NCBI GenBank assembly: GCA_019058315.1
Contig: JAHPZH010000002.1
Coordinates: forward strand, 640,001 to 704,000
Source of the DNA: Candidatus Helarchaeota archaeon
Lineage (GTDB): Archaea; Asgardarchaeota; Lokiarchaeia; Helarchaeales; RDOG01
Length of the DNA: 64,000 nt
Direction of reading: 5' to 3'
Shown piece by piece: positions 18,414 to 29,314 of this stretch. The notes under the pieces are model-generated. The model did no database searches. It was given only the letters and a program-made list of their open reading frames with translations, and had not been told where the DNA came from. The stretch's first letter is position 1; every line of letters starts with the position of its first letter. A program made the position numbers and the translations under genes.

Positions 18414-19196
18414 ATGTCTATTCGGTATCTTTTTAATACAATTAATATGAAGGATTCAATTATGATACCCTTTAAGAAACGAGAAAAAATTTCAGATGAT
18501 AAAGTCCGTGTCGTTCAAAGAATGCTAGTTCATAAAAATGAATTAATGTATTATCCAAAAAAATGTATTAAGTGCGGCTTATGTATTCCTACTTGTCCAA
18601 AAGAATCAAGATTTTTAGCAGAACCAGACGATCCCAATTTACCAGGACCGGTTGAGACTGATCCAGAAACTTGTTTTTTTTGCGGTATTTGTGATTATAT
18701 CTGTCCAACTGGCGCAAATGAATTACTCATTAATGAGGAACATAAATTAATCTTGTGTGAAAATGGTGCTTTGCCTGAATTAAAGCCCATAAAACTTAAG
18801 AGTAAGACTGGAGAACCGGTTGATAAAATTTTACAAGGTAAAATTGTTATTGATGCATCCAAATGTCCCGAAGACTGCAAATTATGCATTGATGAATGCC
18901 CGATGGAAGTCATTGAATTCACTTCCCTTAAAAAGGATCGAAAAGTCAAGCTCAATAGGGATAATTGCATCTATTGTTTTGCCTGTGAGCGTGTTTGTCC
19001 AGTGGAAGACGCTATAAAACTGGTTAGAACTAGAATACTTTATGATACAGAAAAAGAAGAAGGAGAATTTTCAAACCCATTTTCAGAAATTATTAAAAAA
19101 TTAATTTCTGTAGAAGCAAAAGCAAAAAATCTTGGAAGTCTAGCGGCGAGAAAATCCGATTTAAGGGTTAAAGAATTAATGAGAGAAAAAGGATAA
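18414..19196 (+). CDS. Polyferredoxin (FwdF-like 4Fe-4S protein)
   Basis: Four CxxCxxCxxxCP-type motifs; the true start is probably 18447 or 18462. Confidence 0.82.
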   Translation: MSIRYLFNTINMKDSIMIPFKKREKISDDKVRVVQRMLVHKNELMYYPKKCIKCGLCIPTCPKESRFLAEPDDPNLPGPVETDPETCFFCGICDYICPTGANELLINEEHKLILCENGALPELKPIKLKSKTGEPVDKILQGKIVIDASKCPEDCKLCIDECPMEVIEFTSLKKDRKVKLNRDNCIYCFACERVCPVEDAIKLVRTRILYDTEKEEGEFSNPFSEIIKKLISVEAKAKNLGSLAARKSDLRVKELMREKG

Positions 19197-19314
19197 ATGC
19201 TCTCTTAATATATACTTCATTTTTTAGAATTTTCAATAATTATTATTAAAAATCTTTTTATAATTCAAGCAATATTATACAAAACATGTGTATTTTTAAA
19301 GGAGGTAATGATGT

Positions 19315-20532
19315 TTGAAATACAATATAAAGACAATTGATGACTTTGACGTAAAAGGAAAAAAGGTGTTAGTCAGAGTTGATATTAATAGCTCAATAAA
19401 TAGAAAAGATAATATTCTAATGAATACATTACGGATTGAGGAATTAAAACCTACGTTAGAAGCTTTGAAAGAAGCAGCTGTGGTGATTATAGCTCACCAA
19501 GGAAGAGAAGGTAAGAAGGATTTCACTTCTTTGAAACCCCATTCTGAAGCTATGAAAAAATTATATGGAGATCGCGTTAAATTTGTGGATTGCGTTCATG
19601 GATCCTCTGCAGTGAATGCTATTAAAAGTTTAACACCTGGAGAAGTCTTATTATTAGAAAATGTCCGTTTTATGGCTGAAGAAACTATGAAAGGAACTCC
19701 TGAAGAGCTAGCCAAAACACATTTCGTTCAGACTCTTGCACCACTATTCGATTTATTTGTTTGTGATGCATGGGGTGCAGCACATCGAGGACAGACTTCC
19801 CTTGTTGGATTTACTGAAGTTCTTCCTTCATGTATGGGAAAAGTATTCGAAGGAGAGCTGGATATTATGGCTAAAATTACAGAAAATCCACAAAGACCAG
19901 TTTATTATGCTATAGGTGGCGCAAAAGTTGAAACTAAATTTAAAGTTGTAAAAAATCTTTTAGATAGTAAAAAAGCTGATAAGATATTAGTTTGTGGATT
20001 ACTACAAAACATTTTGCTACAAGGAGCAGGAATTGAAATTGGAGCAATAAATAAAAAACCTATTAAAAATTTTGAAGAATATTTACCAACTGCAAAAGAT
20101 ATTATGAATAAATATAAAGATTACATAGTCTTGCCAACAGATCTCGCTTTAAATATAAAGAAAGAAAGAAAAGATATCCCTGCTAGCGAATTAAAAAATA
20201 ATCCTGATTATCCTTCTAATGATATAGGAAAAAAAACTGCTGAAACTTATGCAAATATTTTAAAAGAAGCTGGAACTATTGTTTCAAATGGTCCTGCAGG
20301 TGTTTTTGAAATACCACCATTTGATTATGGGTCAAAAGCTATTTTGAAAGCGATGGCAGCCAATGAAAAAGCTTTTACTGTCGTTGGTGGCGGTGAAATG
20401 GGTGGACTTTGTCAAGACCTAAAATTACCAGTGGATTTTATTAGTACGGGTGGCGGTGCAATGCTGGCCTATCTCACAGGTAAAAAATTACCGGTTATTG
20501 AAGCTCTTAAAGAAGCAGCAAAAAGAAGTTAA
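19315..20532 (+). CDS. pgk: Phosphoglycerate kinase (archaeal type)
   Basis: VLVRVDINS, AHQGR, LLENVRF, AAHR, GGAKV, NGPAGVFE and ISTGGGA. Confidence 0.96.
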   Translation: MKYNIKTIDDFDVKGKKVLVRVDINSSINRKDNILMNTLRIEELKPTLEALKEAAVVIIAHQGREGKKDFTSLKPHSEAMKKLYGDRVKFVDCVHGSSAVNAIKSLTPGEVLLLENVRFMAEETMKGTPEELAKTHFVQTLAPLFDLFVCDAWGAAHRGQTSLVGFTEVLPSCMGKVFEGELDIMAKITENPQRPVYYAIGGAKVETKFKVVKNLLDSKKADKILVCGLLQNILLQGAGIEIGAINKKPIKNFEEYLPTAKDIMNKYKDYIVLPTDLALNIKKERKDIPASELKNNPDYPSNDIGKKTAETYANILKEAGTIVSNGPAGVFEIPPFDYGSKAILKAMAANEKAFTVVGGGEMGGLCQDLKLPVDFISTGGGAMLAYLTGKKLPVIEALKEAAKRS

Positions 20533-20558
20533 ATATCACTCAATTCAATTTTTTTATT

Positions 20559-21059
20559 TCATAATTTATTACCACAATGCACACAAAATCTCGAATCTAT
20601 TGAAATATATCTCTTACATTTAGAACATTTTTTAAATTTGTTTAGATCAATATATAAATCGTCCTTAATGGATTTATCTAAATGAACGTCTTTAAATATT
20701 TTAGGATTTACCTCACGAGTTAATAGAAATTCTTTAGGTGGAATATAAGAATAAATAGGTACTCCATCAATATACCCTATAGAAGTTTTGATTCGTAATG
20801 GTGGGTTTTTCAAGATCTCTTTTTCGATCTTTTTAATTTTCACATCTTGATCTTTAATTAACCGGTTTCTTCTAAAGGTGTCTAGATAGATATGAATATG
20901 AATTATTAGATAAGCATAAACTATTGAAGAAAAAATTAACGAAACAATTAATAGGTAAAAAACATTAGATCTGAAAGAGTGAATTGCTATAAAAATTAGA
21001 AATAAACCTATACAAACCATAAGGAATATGGATAAAAAGATTCCTAATTTTTCATTCAA
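20559..21059 (-). CDS. Membrane-anchored zinc-ribbon protein
   Basis: Two N-terminal TM segments, VHLDK motif and C-terminal CSKC...FCVHCG. Confidence 0.72.
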   Translation of the reverse strand: MNEKLGIFLSIFLMVCIGLFLIFIAIHSFRSNVFYLLIVSLIFSSIVYAYLIIHIHIYLDTFRRNRLIKDQDVKIKKIEKEILKNPPLRIKTSIGYIDGVPIYSYIPPKEFLLTREVNPKIFKDVHLDKSIKDDLYIDLNKFKKCSKCKRYISIDSRFCVHCGNKL

Positions 21060-21060
21060 T

Positions 21061-21525
21061 TTAAACCATTTTAAAACTTTCTTTCTTAAATTTGCTCTTG
21101 TTTTTTGATTTTGTTTGAGTACAATATATACAAAATTCTGAATTTTTTGAGATATACCTCTTACAATTTGAACATTTTTTAACTTTTTCTAAATCTATGT
21201 AATCATTATCCTTAAAATCCTTATCTAAATGAACCTTTTTATGAGTTTTAGGGTTAATTTTTTGATCAAACATGAATTCAAGGGAAGGACGAGTCTTATA
21301 AATAGGTCTTCTTAAATTTGACTTAATACCCTGCTTTGTTGACATTCGCATGGCTTTAAAATCAGATTTATATTGGATTCCAAAGGGTGGTTTTTCCTTT
21401 AGATCTTTTTCCATTTGATAGACAATTTTATTACGTTCGCAATGTACGCAATATTTAGAAGATTTAGGATAGTACTTCTTACATTTAGGACATTTTTTAA
21501 ATTTATCTCCCAAATTTTCTTTCAT
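21061..21525 (-). CDS. Double zinc-ribbon protein, paralog of the neighbouring gene
   Basis: CPKC...CVHC and CSNC...CIYC; shares PP...NPK..KxVHLDK..KD..YIDL.K.KKCS.CKRYIS with 20559..21059. Confidence 0.72.
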   Translation of the reverse strand: MKENLGDKFKKCPKCKKYYPKSSKYCVHCERNKIVYQMEKDLKEKPPFGIQYKSDFKAMRMSTKQGIKSNLRRPIYKTRPSLEFMFDQKINPKTHKKVHLDKDFKDNDYIDLEKVKKCSNCKRYISKNSEFCIYCTQTKSKNKSKFKKESFKMV

Positions 21526-21557
21526 TTAACATTCCCACTATTAAGAAATGATTAATT

Positions 21558-22139
21558 CTAATCTTTTATTTGCAATCCACAATTGATACAAAATTTAGAG
21601 TCATTAGGCATCATAAAATTGCATCTAGGACATTCATTTGAGGAATTCTCCTCAATTTGATCTTGGTTTTTTAAAATGTTTTGAAATTCCCATAAATCGA
21701 GTTCTTTCTTACAATTCGGACAATTTGCTTTAGTTTTTAACCATTCAAGAAATTCTCCTAAATGATAAGGTGCACTACAGAAAGGACAAAATACAAGATT
21801 TTCCCCACTTACTCGTCTCTTGCAAATAATGCATTTTGGTAACTCATTTCCACAAGATGTACACCTAACTCTATAACTTGAGTTATTCTGACCACAATTA
21901 GGGCATATTATTTCTTCAGAAGCAATCACTAAATCCTTATCCATATGAACTTTAGAATATATTTTTTTTTCGGGGATATCTGAGTTGAAACGCTTCTTAT
22001 ATTGTTCTATAATACCTAACCTTTGTAATTCTGCATCAGCTTCTCTATAACTTCTCCAACCATAGCCCCAACGAAAAATTTTATATAAAGCTTTTCTTTT
22101 TTTCTCTAAAATACGTATTATTTCATCTTTTTTACTCAA
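21558..22139 (-). CDS. Zinc-ribbon plus RING-like finger protein
   Basis: CPNC..CTSC ribbon, RING-like CIIC-x12-CPFC-x4-H-x2-E-x3-W-x6-CPNC, and C-terminal CPRC..CINC ribbon. Confidence 0.75.
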   Translation of the reverse strand: MSKKDEIIRILEKKRKALYKIFRWGYGWRSYREADAELQRLGIIEQYKKRFNSDIPEKKIYSKVHMDKDLVIASEEIICPNCGQNNSSYRVRCTSCGNELPKCIICKRRVSGENLVFCPFCSAPYHLGEFLEWLKTKANCPNCKKELDLWEFQNILKNQDQIEENSSNECPRCNFMMPNDSKFCINCGLQIKD

Positions 22140-22308
22140 GAGATTAACCCCAACATTTCAAACTAATCATTATCATAAAAACCAATTAATTTAAAATTAT
22201 GTGATTGGGAAATTTTAAATTATAAAACATATCGTTAAATTGGTCTTTAAGAAATTTAATTAAATCTGCTTAAAAATAGAAAAAATAATAGAAAAAAAGA
22301 GGGAAAAT

Positions 22309-23337
<1,029 letters not shown>

Positions 23338-23765
23338 CTAACTATATTTTTTACCGAAATTATAAAGAATTTTCATTTTTTATTTAAAATTAAAAAATTC
23401 ATTTACGGTAATTGTAATAGTTCATAGATTTGAATGGTTATTTAATTTTTCCTAGCCAATTTGCTATTCAAATTTTAAATTAGGTAAAAGATTTTCTAAT
23501 TGGGACCTAAAATTAATAATAATGATTAATAATCGATAAAGAAAAATAAATTAAACGTTAATAATGCAAATTTATAGTATCTTTACCAGAAATCTATTAT
23601 AATTTCATTTCTATTCATACGAATTATAGTTTTATCTTCAAATAAAATTTAAATTGATCATCTGATAATGTAAATTCACTAAATAGATTAGGTTTAAATA
23701 AAAAATAACTTTATGTTTCTTGAATAAAAGCTCAATAGGAGTTGAATAACAGGATTTAGATAAAA

Positions 23766-25709
23766 ATGAGTGAAGAACCACGCATTGGAGTTTTTATTTG
23801 TCGTTGAGGCAAGAATATTGCTAGCGTAGTTGACGTAGAAGGTTTGGTCGAATATTCAAGCGATTTACCTTGTGTTAAATGCTCAGATCAAAACATAGCA
23901 CTATGTTCAGAACCTGGCGCAGAATTTATTAAAGAATGTATTGAAGAACATGACTTAAACCGTGTTATAGTAGCTGCTTGCACTCCATTAACTCACCAAC
24001 CAGTGTTCCATGCAGTTTTAGAGGAAGCTAATCTTCCTTCAAGAATGCTTGAATTCTCAAATTTAAGAGAACAAGTATCATTTGTCCATGCGGAAGATAA
24101 AGAAAAATCATTAGATCAAGCAAAAGACATTATACGAGGAGCTGTCGGAAGAGCACAACTACTTGAAGCAGTCCCACGAAAAGTGGTAGACGTTATACCT
24201 AAATGTGCTATTATCGGTGGCGGTATTGCAGGGATGACAGCAGCTTTAGAATTGGCTGATAAAGGCTTTAAAGTTTACTTAATTGAAAAAACGCCCTCAC
24301 TAGGGGGAAATATGGCAAAATTAGATAGAATCTTCCCTACTGATGAATGTTGTATTTGAATCTTGGGACCATTAATGCTTGAAGTTAATCGCAATTCAAA
24401 TATTGAAGTAATGGCATATTCAGAAGTGACTAAAGTTGATGGCTTTGTAGGTAATTTCAAGGTCCATGTGACTAAGAAACCTCGATATGTCTTACCCGAT
24501 GTTTGCAATTCATGCGGTGCTTGTGTAGATGTCTGTCCTATATATATACCAAACGAATTTAACTTTGGATTCTCACCAAAAAAAGCTATCGACATTCTAT
24601 TTCCACAAGCTGTTCCAGCAGTATATACAATTGAAGAAGAAAACTGTGTTCGATGTTATGCATGTGTAAACTCGTGTGAAGTTCATGCAATTGATTTCGC
24701 CCAAGAACCTGAAGAAGTTGAATTGGATGTCGGAACAATCATTGTGTGCCCTGGCTGGGACATGTTTGAATCTGATAGATATGGATACGGAAAATATTGG
24801 AATGTAATTAACCAAATTCAACTGGAAAGAATTCTTTCCGCCAGTGGACCCACAGAAGGACATTTGTTACGAGTTTCTGATAATAAAGTCCCTAAAAAAG
24901 TATTAATGATCAACTGTGTCGGAGCAAGATCTGAAAAAGAAGGTGAACATACCTATTGTCCAGGTGTATGCTGCTTAGTGACCATAAAAAATGCTCAATT
25001 AATACTAAGTGAATACCCAGATACTGAAGTTATAGTCTCTTATCGAGATATTAGAACACCTGGTAAAAATTATGAAGAGTATTACCGTCGTGCTCGAGAA
25101 AAAGGAATAATCTTTATTAAAGGTATGGTTGGAGATATTGAAGAGGATCCAGTTACAAAGAACCTCATTTGTTACTTAGAGGATGAAGGAACGGGCCAAA
25201 ATCTTGAATATGAAGCAGATATGGTCGTTCTTTCTGCGGTACCTTATCCATCCAAAGGGGTGGATCAAATTGCAGATTTAATGAAACTTGAAAGAACCCC
25301 TGACGGATTTTTAAGGGAGTTTCATAATAGACTTGATCCAATTAGGACTAAAGTGCCCGGTGTTTTTATTGCAGGTTTTGCTCAAGCGCCTAAACCAGTA
25401 GATATGACTGTAAATCAAGGAAAAGGAGCTGCTTCAGCAGCGGCAACTTTGCTCGTTCAAGGAAAATACGAAATAGAACTTATTCGAGCACAATGTAACC
25501 ATGAAGTTTGTAGCCTATGTGGGAATTGTGTTGAAATTTGTCCTTATAATGCAGTAACAATCGAAAATGATAAAGTCATCGTTGACGAAATAGCATGCCA
25601 AGGATGTGGTGCATGTTCTACAGTCTGCAAAAATAATGCCATGACTTTGCGATACTTTAGAAATATTCAATATGAAGCAATGATAGAAGGAATATTACAG
25701 ATTATTTAA
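23766..25709 (+). CDS. hdrA: Heterodisulfide reductase subunit A, selenoprotein with two in-frame UGA codons (647 aa)
   Basis: ATG 23766 gives MSEEPRIGVFICR-UGA(23805)-GKNI. FPTDECCI-UGA(24357)-ILGP joins the two track ORFs in one frame. Both UGAs fall at conserved HdrA Cys positions; FAD motif GGGIAG and ferredoxin motifs are intact. Confidence 0.92.
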
Positions 25710-25720
25710 GAGGTATAAAA

Positions 25721-26155
25721 ATGAGCGAAGGATTTTTACCCAAAATTGCAGCATTCTTATGCTGGAAATGAGGCTATGGCGCATGTGATATGGCTGGAAC
25801 AATTCGTCGTCAGTATCCTGCAAGCTTGCGAACAATTTTAGTTCCTTGCACTGCTAGAGTAGACCCAGAATATATAATTCGATCATTCTGTAAAGGCGCT
25901 GATGGAGCTATCGTAGTCGGCTGATTAGAAGGCGATTGCGATTACGAAACCGGAAATCTATTAGCAAGACGCCAAGTGGAATATTTAAAATTATTATGTA
26001 AGACACTTGGACTTAACGAAGACAGAGTCGAAATGAATAATATGAGTTCAGCAGAAGGAGCAAAATTCGCTGATTTTGCTAGTGAAGTTACAGAAAATAT
26101 CCAAAAAATTGGACCAAACCCACTTAAAACTGCTAAAGCAAAAAAAATTGCTTAA
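25721..26155 (+). CDS. mvhD: MvhD/VhuD [2Fe-2S] subunit, selenoprotein with two in-frame UGA codons (144 aa; absent from the ORF track)
   Basis: MSEGFLPKIAAFLCWK-UGA(25769)-GYGACDMAG...VPCTARVD...GADGAIVVG-UGA(25922)-LEGDCDYETGN...SSAEGAKFA...IGPNPL; GAGGT Shine-Dalgarno sequence. Confidence 0.93.
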
Positions 26156-26160
26156 TTATA

Positions 26161-26233
26161 CTGCCTATAAAGATTGATCTTTGCAGTAAAAGTTGAGCTG
26201 CAAAGTGACTACTCTTGCAAAGAGTTTAGGCAG
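26161..26233 (+). promoter_or_regulatory. SECIS-like element (eukaryote-type kink-turn core) in the mvhD 3' UTR
   Basis: UGAU(26175-78), CUUUGCAG/CUGCAAAG 8-bp helix, A-rich loop UAAAAGUUGAG, then UGAC(26206-09). Outer helix CUGCCUA/UAGGCAG and side hairpin ACUCUU/AAGAGU. Confidence 0.8.
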
Positions 26234-26265
26234 AAATTCAATATTTATTTAAAAGAGGAATTTTA

Positions 26266-27414
26266 ATGGAAATTGGAGAAACCTATACGGTAAGACCTGA
26301 TGAGTCAGCTCTGATCAAACTATTTCAGATGCTATTAGAAGAAAAAGTTGTCGATTCTGTTTTAGGATTTGATATTAAGAAAAAAAGATATGATCTATCA
26401 CCTAAAGCTATTGAAAATCCAAAAGAATTAACTCTTCTTCCTCTTTCCCAATATCTTGCTTATAATTATGCTAGAATAAATTCATCATCAAAGTTTGTTC
26501 ATACGAAAATGAATCCTCGTAATAAGAAAATTGCACTTATTGCACGTCCATGTGACACCCGAGCATTTATTGAACTCTCTAAATTTAATCAATTAAAACT
26601 TGATAATCTTTTTATTATCTGTACTAATTGCACTGGTTCAATTTCTGCAGCCGATGTTCAAAAAGGTATTGAAAATTTAAAGTTAGATCCTGAAAATGTT
26701 GAGGCAGAGGAATTAGGAATTAATTCTATAAAAATACTAATAGCTGGGAAAATACAAGAGATTAAATTTTCTGATTCTATTAAACGATGGGATAATTGTA
26801 GCAGATGTCATAAAAGAGAAGGAAGTATTTGCGATATACAAGTAGATTTTTATCTCGATGGTACTAAAAAAGTTATAACCCTAACGATCATTTCTGAAAA
26901 AGGTAAAGAGATATTGGAAAAAGCTGTGTCTTCCAAAAAAATTCAATTAGACAAAACTACTGCTGCTGTTAAAAAAAGGAAGGAATTAATGGAAAAAATA
27001 GTTGCTCAAGCCACTGAATATAGGGAAAAATCTATTGCTGATTTTCAGAATTTATCTGATGAAGAAAAATTTGCTAAAATAGCTAAAGAATTTATAGAAC
27101 CCTGTCGAGTTTGTGGGCAATGTATTAATGCGTGTCCTGTCTGTTATTGTCCTACATGTGATGTGATGCGAAGAAGAAAGGAAAAGGAAGCCGGTTTTGA
27201 TGGAAGACTTTATTTACTAACTAAAATGGCTCATATGGGTGATATATGCATAGGATGCGGAAAATGCACAGTTGCATGTCCAGCAAAAATTCAAAGTGCA
27301 TTCTTCTATGATGTTTTAACTGATTATGTCAAACAAGCTTTTGGTTATGAACCTGGAAGATCAGCTGAAGAAATCTATCCCAGAACAATGAAGGCTATTA
27401 AGAAATCTAGATAA
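26266..27414 (+). CDS. Coenzyme F420 hydrogenase/formate dehydrogenase beta subunit (FrhB/FdhB)-like protein
   Basis: KIALIARPCDTRAFIEL, ICTNCTG, NCSRC, CRVCGQCINACPVCYCPTC and HMGDICIGCGKCTVACP. Confidence 0.85.
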   Translation: MEIGETYTVRPDESALIKLFQMLLEEKVVDSVLGFDIKKKRYDLSPKAIENPKELTLLPLSQYLAYNYARINSSSKFVHTKMNPRNKKIALIARPCDTRAFIELSKFNQLKLDNLFIICTNCTGSISAADVQKGIENLKLDPENVEAEELGINSIKILIAGKIQEIKFSDSIKRWDNCSRCHKREGSICDIQVDFYLDGTKKVITLTIISEKGKEILEKAVSSKKIQLDKTTAAVKKRKELMEKIVAQATEYREKSIADFQNLSDEEKFAKIAKEFIEPCRVCGQCINACPVCYCPTCDVMRRRKEKEAGFDGRLYLLTKMAHMGDICIGCGKCTVACPAKIQSAFFYDVLTDYVKQAFGYEPGRSAEEIYPRTMKAIKKSR

Positions 27415-27467
27415 TTTTTTAATTTTTAATAATTCATTTTTTTAAAGTCTTATTTTAGGAATAAACC

Positions 27468-28961
27468 TTAATTTTCTTCAGAGGGTTTTTTCGAAGATCC
27501 AATCCTTTTTGTAAGTTCTTCTCTATCCAATACACTTTTTCTTTTAATGAAACTCGAAAAACTAATAGGACTTATAAAGGCAGTTAAAATTGCAGTAAAA
27601 ATCAAAATTTCTTGTAATACGGGTGCAATTAAGTAGTATTCTACACCGATACTGGCTGCAGCAATAAGTAAAGTTAACCGCGAAGATTGTAATATTCCAG
27701 AACCTATACCATCTTTTACTGTTTGATAGCGAGAGTGATAAATTACATTTGGAATTATTTTTACTAAGAATGCTACAGAAATTATCATAATTAATAGAAA
27801 AATTGATTCATTTGATGAAAATAATTCATTTACTTCAAATTTTGCACCTACTGTAATAAAAAATATAGGGATGGTAAAACCATAACCTATTGCATGTAAT
27901 TTTGAATGTAATTCTCGTGATTTTTCATGGGGACTAATAAGTGATATTATCATTCCAGCAAGAAATGCTCCCAAAATCATTTCTACACCTAATAACTCAG
28001 ATAATACAACAAATATTAAGAGTAGAAAAATTGCCCCAGTAATTTTCAGTTCATATGTTTCAGTATTCATTACAGCAAGTCTAGAATGCCATTTAGGAGA
28101 TTTTTTTAGAATTTTCATAATTTGAAATGCTGTAAATGCAATAATGAATATCATGGGTAATAAGAGTAACTCGAGTGCAATCCCCGTGGTGTGAATTATA
28201 ATAAATGTAGTAATAAGCATCATTGACGCAAAATCTGCAATAATTGCGGAAATAATAATTCTCAAACCATAATCAGATTCAGCAAGACCTAATTCAGATA
28301 AAGTTGGAAATACAACACCTACTGAAGTAGTTGTAAGAACTAATGCAAGATAAAAAAGATCAAAATAATGAGCATTAATAAGCCCTAATGGTTTTGGTGG
28401 ATCAAAAATTAATATTAGATTAAATAAATTATTTTGCATTTCACTAGCTAATACTTCTAATATAAATGTGAATAGAAAACATAAAGCTATTACAAAACCG
28501 AAAATGATCACACCTAAAAGAAGGGGTTTATGATCTAGATCTAATTCATCATAGGTTATACCTCTCATATGCCACCAATGATGATCTAAATCATCTTTAT
28601 GTCTTTCTTTATGTTTTTTAACTTCATCTTTTATGTCAGGATGAATTAAATGCTCAAAATCTATCTCCAATCCACTAGAGAACATTAAAAATGCAAATCC
28701 AAAAAAAGAAAGAAATTCTAACCATAAACTAGGACTTATTATATTAAATCCACTCTTTCCTAAAAGAATTCCGATAAGAATCTCGCCTACTACAACTGGT
28801 ATTTGAATAGTTTTAATTCGGGATGTTATTATTGGAATAATCAAGGCGCATAACATAATAATTAGAAGAGAGATTAGGGATCCAGCAGAAAATTCTTTTA
28901 ATTTCTCAACTTCTGTAAAATATGCTATTACAAATAAAAATAAATTTGGATCTTCTGGCAA
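27468..28961 (-). CDS. Cation:proton antiporter (CPA2/KefB-NapA family)
   Basis: IPVVVGEILIGILLG, FLMFSSGLEID, TTSVGVV, ADFAS, ILGAFLAG and IPIFFITVG. Confidence 0.88.
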   Translation of the reverse strand: MPEDPNLFLFVIAYFTEVEKLKEFSAGSLISLLIIMLCALIIPIITSRIKTIQIPVVVGEILIGILLGKSGFNIISPSLWLEFLSFFGFAFLMFSSGLEIDFEHLIHPDIKDEVKKHKERHKDDLDHHWWHMRGITYDELDLDHKPLLLGVIIFGFVIALCFLFTFILEVLASEMQNNLFNLILIFDPPKPLGLINAHYFDLFYLALVLTTTSVGVVFPTLSELGLAESDYGLRIIISAIIADFASMMLITTFIIIHTTGIALELLLLPMIFIIAFTAFQIMKILKKSPKWHSRLAVMNTETYELKITGAIFLLLIFVVLSELLGVEMILGAFLAGMIISLISPHEKSRELHSKLHAIGYGFTIPIFFITVGAKFEVNELFSSNESIFLLIMIISVAFLVKIIPNVIYHSRYQTVKDGIGSGILQSSRLTLLIAAASIGVEYYLIAPVLQEILIFTAILTAFISPISFSSFIKRKSVLDREELTKRIGSSKKPSEEN

Positions 28962-29226
28962 TTTTATCAGAACTATATAATTTTATCTAAACATCATTTT
29001 AATAGGAAATTTTAATTTAATCATTATTTAGTAATATGAAATCTAAATTCGCTATTCATATTTATTTTTAGTGTAAAGTATTAAAAAATTAATCTAATCT
29101 TGATTTTAACTTAAAGATTAAAATTATAATTCTATCACAACTATTTTATGGTTATTTAAGACCTAAAACTTCCTCTTTTTTTGATAAAATTATATTTTCT
29201 GAATTTTTAACATATTTTACATAAAC

Positions 29227-29245
29227 AACATAAAAATTTTATGTT
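29227..29245. promoter_or_regulatory. Perfect inverted repeat AACATAAAA-A-TTTTATGTT, candidate operator
   Basis: 9-bp arms ~70 nt upstream of 29315, with extra ACATA half-sites nearby. Confidence 0.35.
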
Positions 29246-29314
29246 AAAATCACATAAAAGCACTTTTTCTTTAATAGGTAATAGTAACTTTTACTACTTT
29301 TAGAAGGGTTCAAT

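Noticed and set aside
23844-25709. hdrA as two separate ORFs or a nonsense-disrupted pseudogene
   Set aside because: The breaks are single in-frame TGA codons at conserved Cys positions, with no frameshifts and a SECIS-like element downstream.
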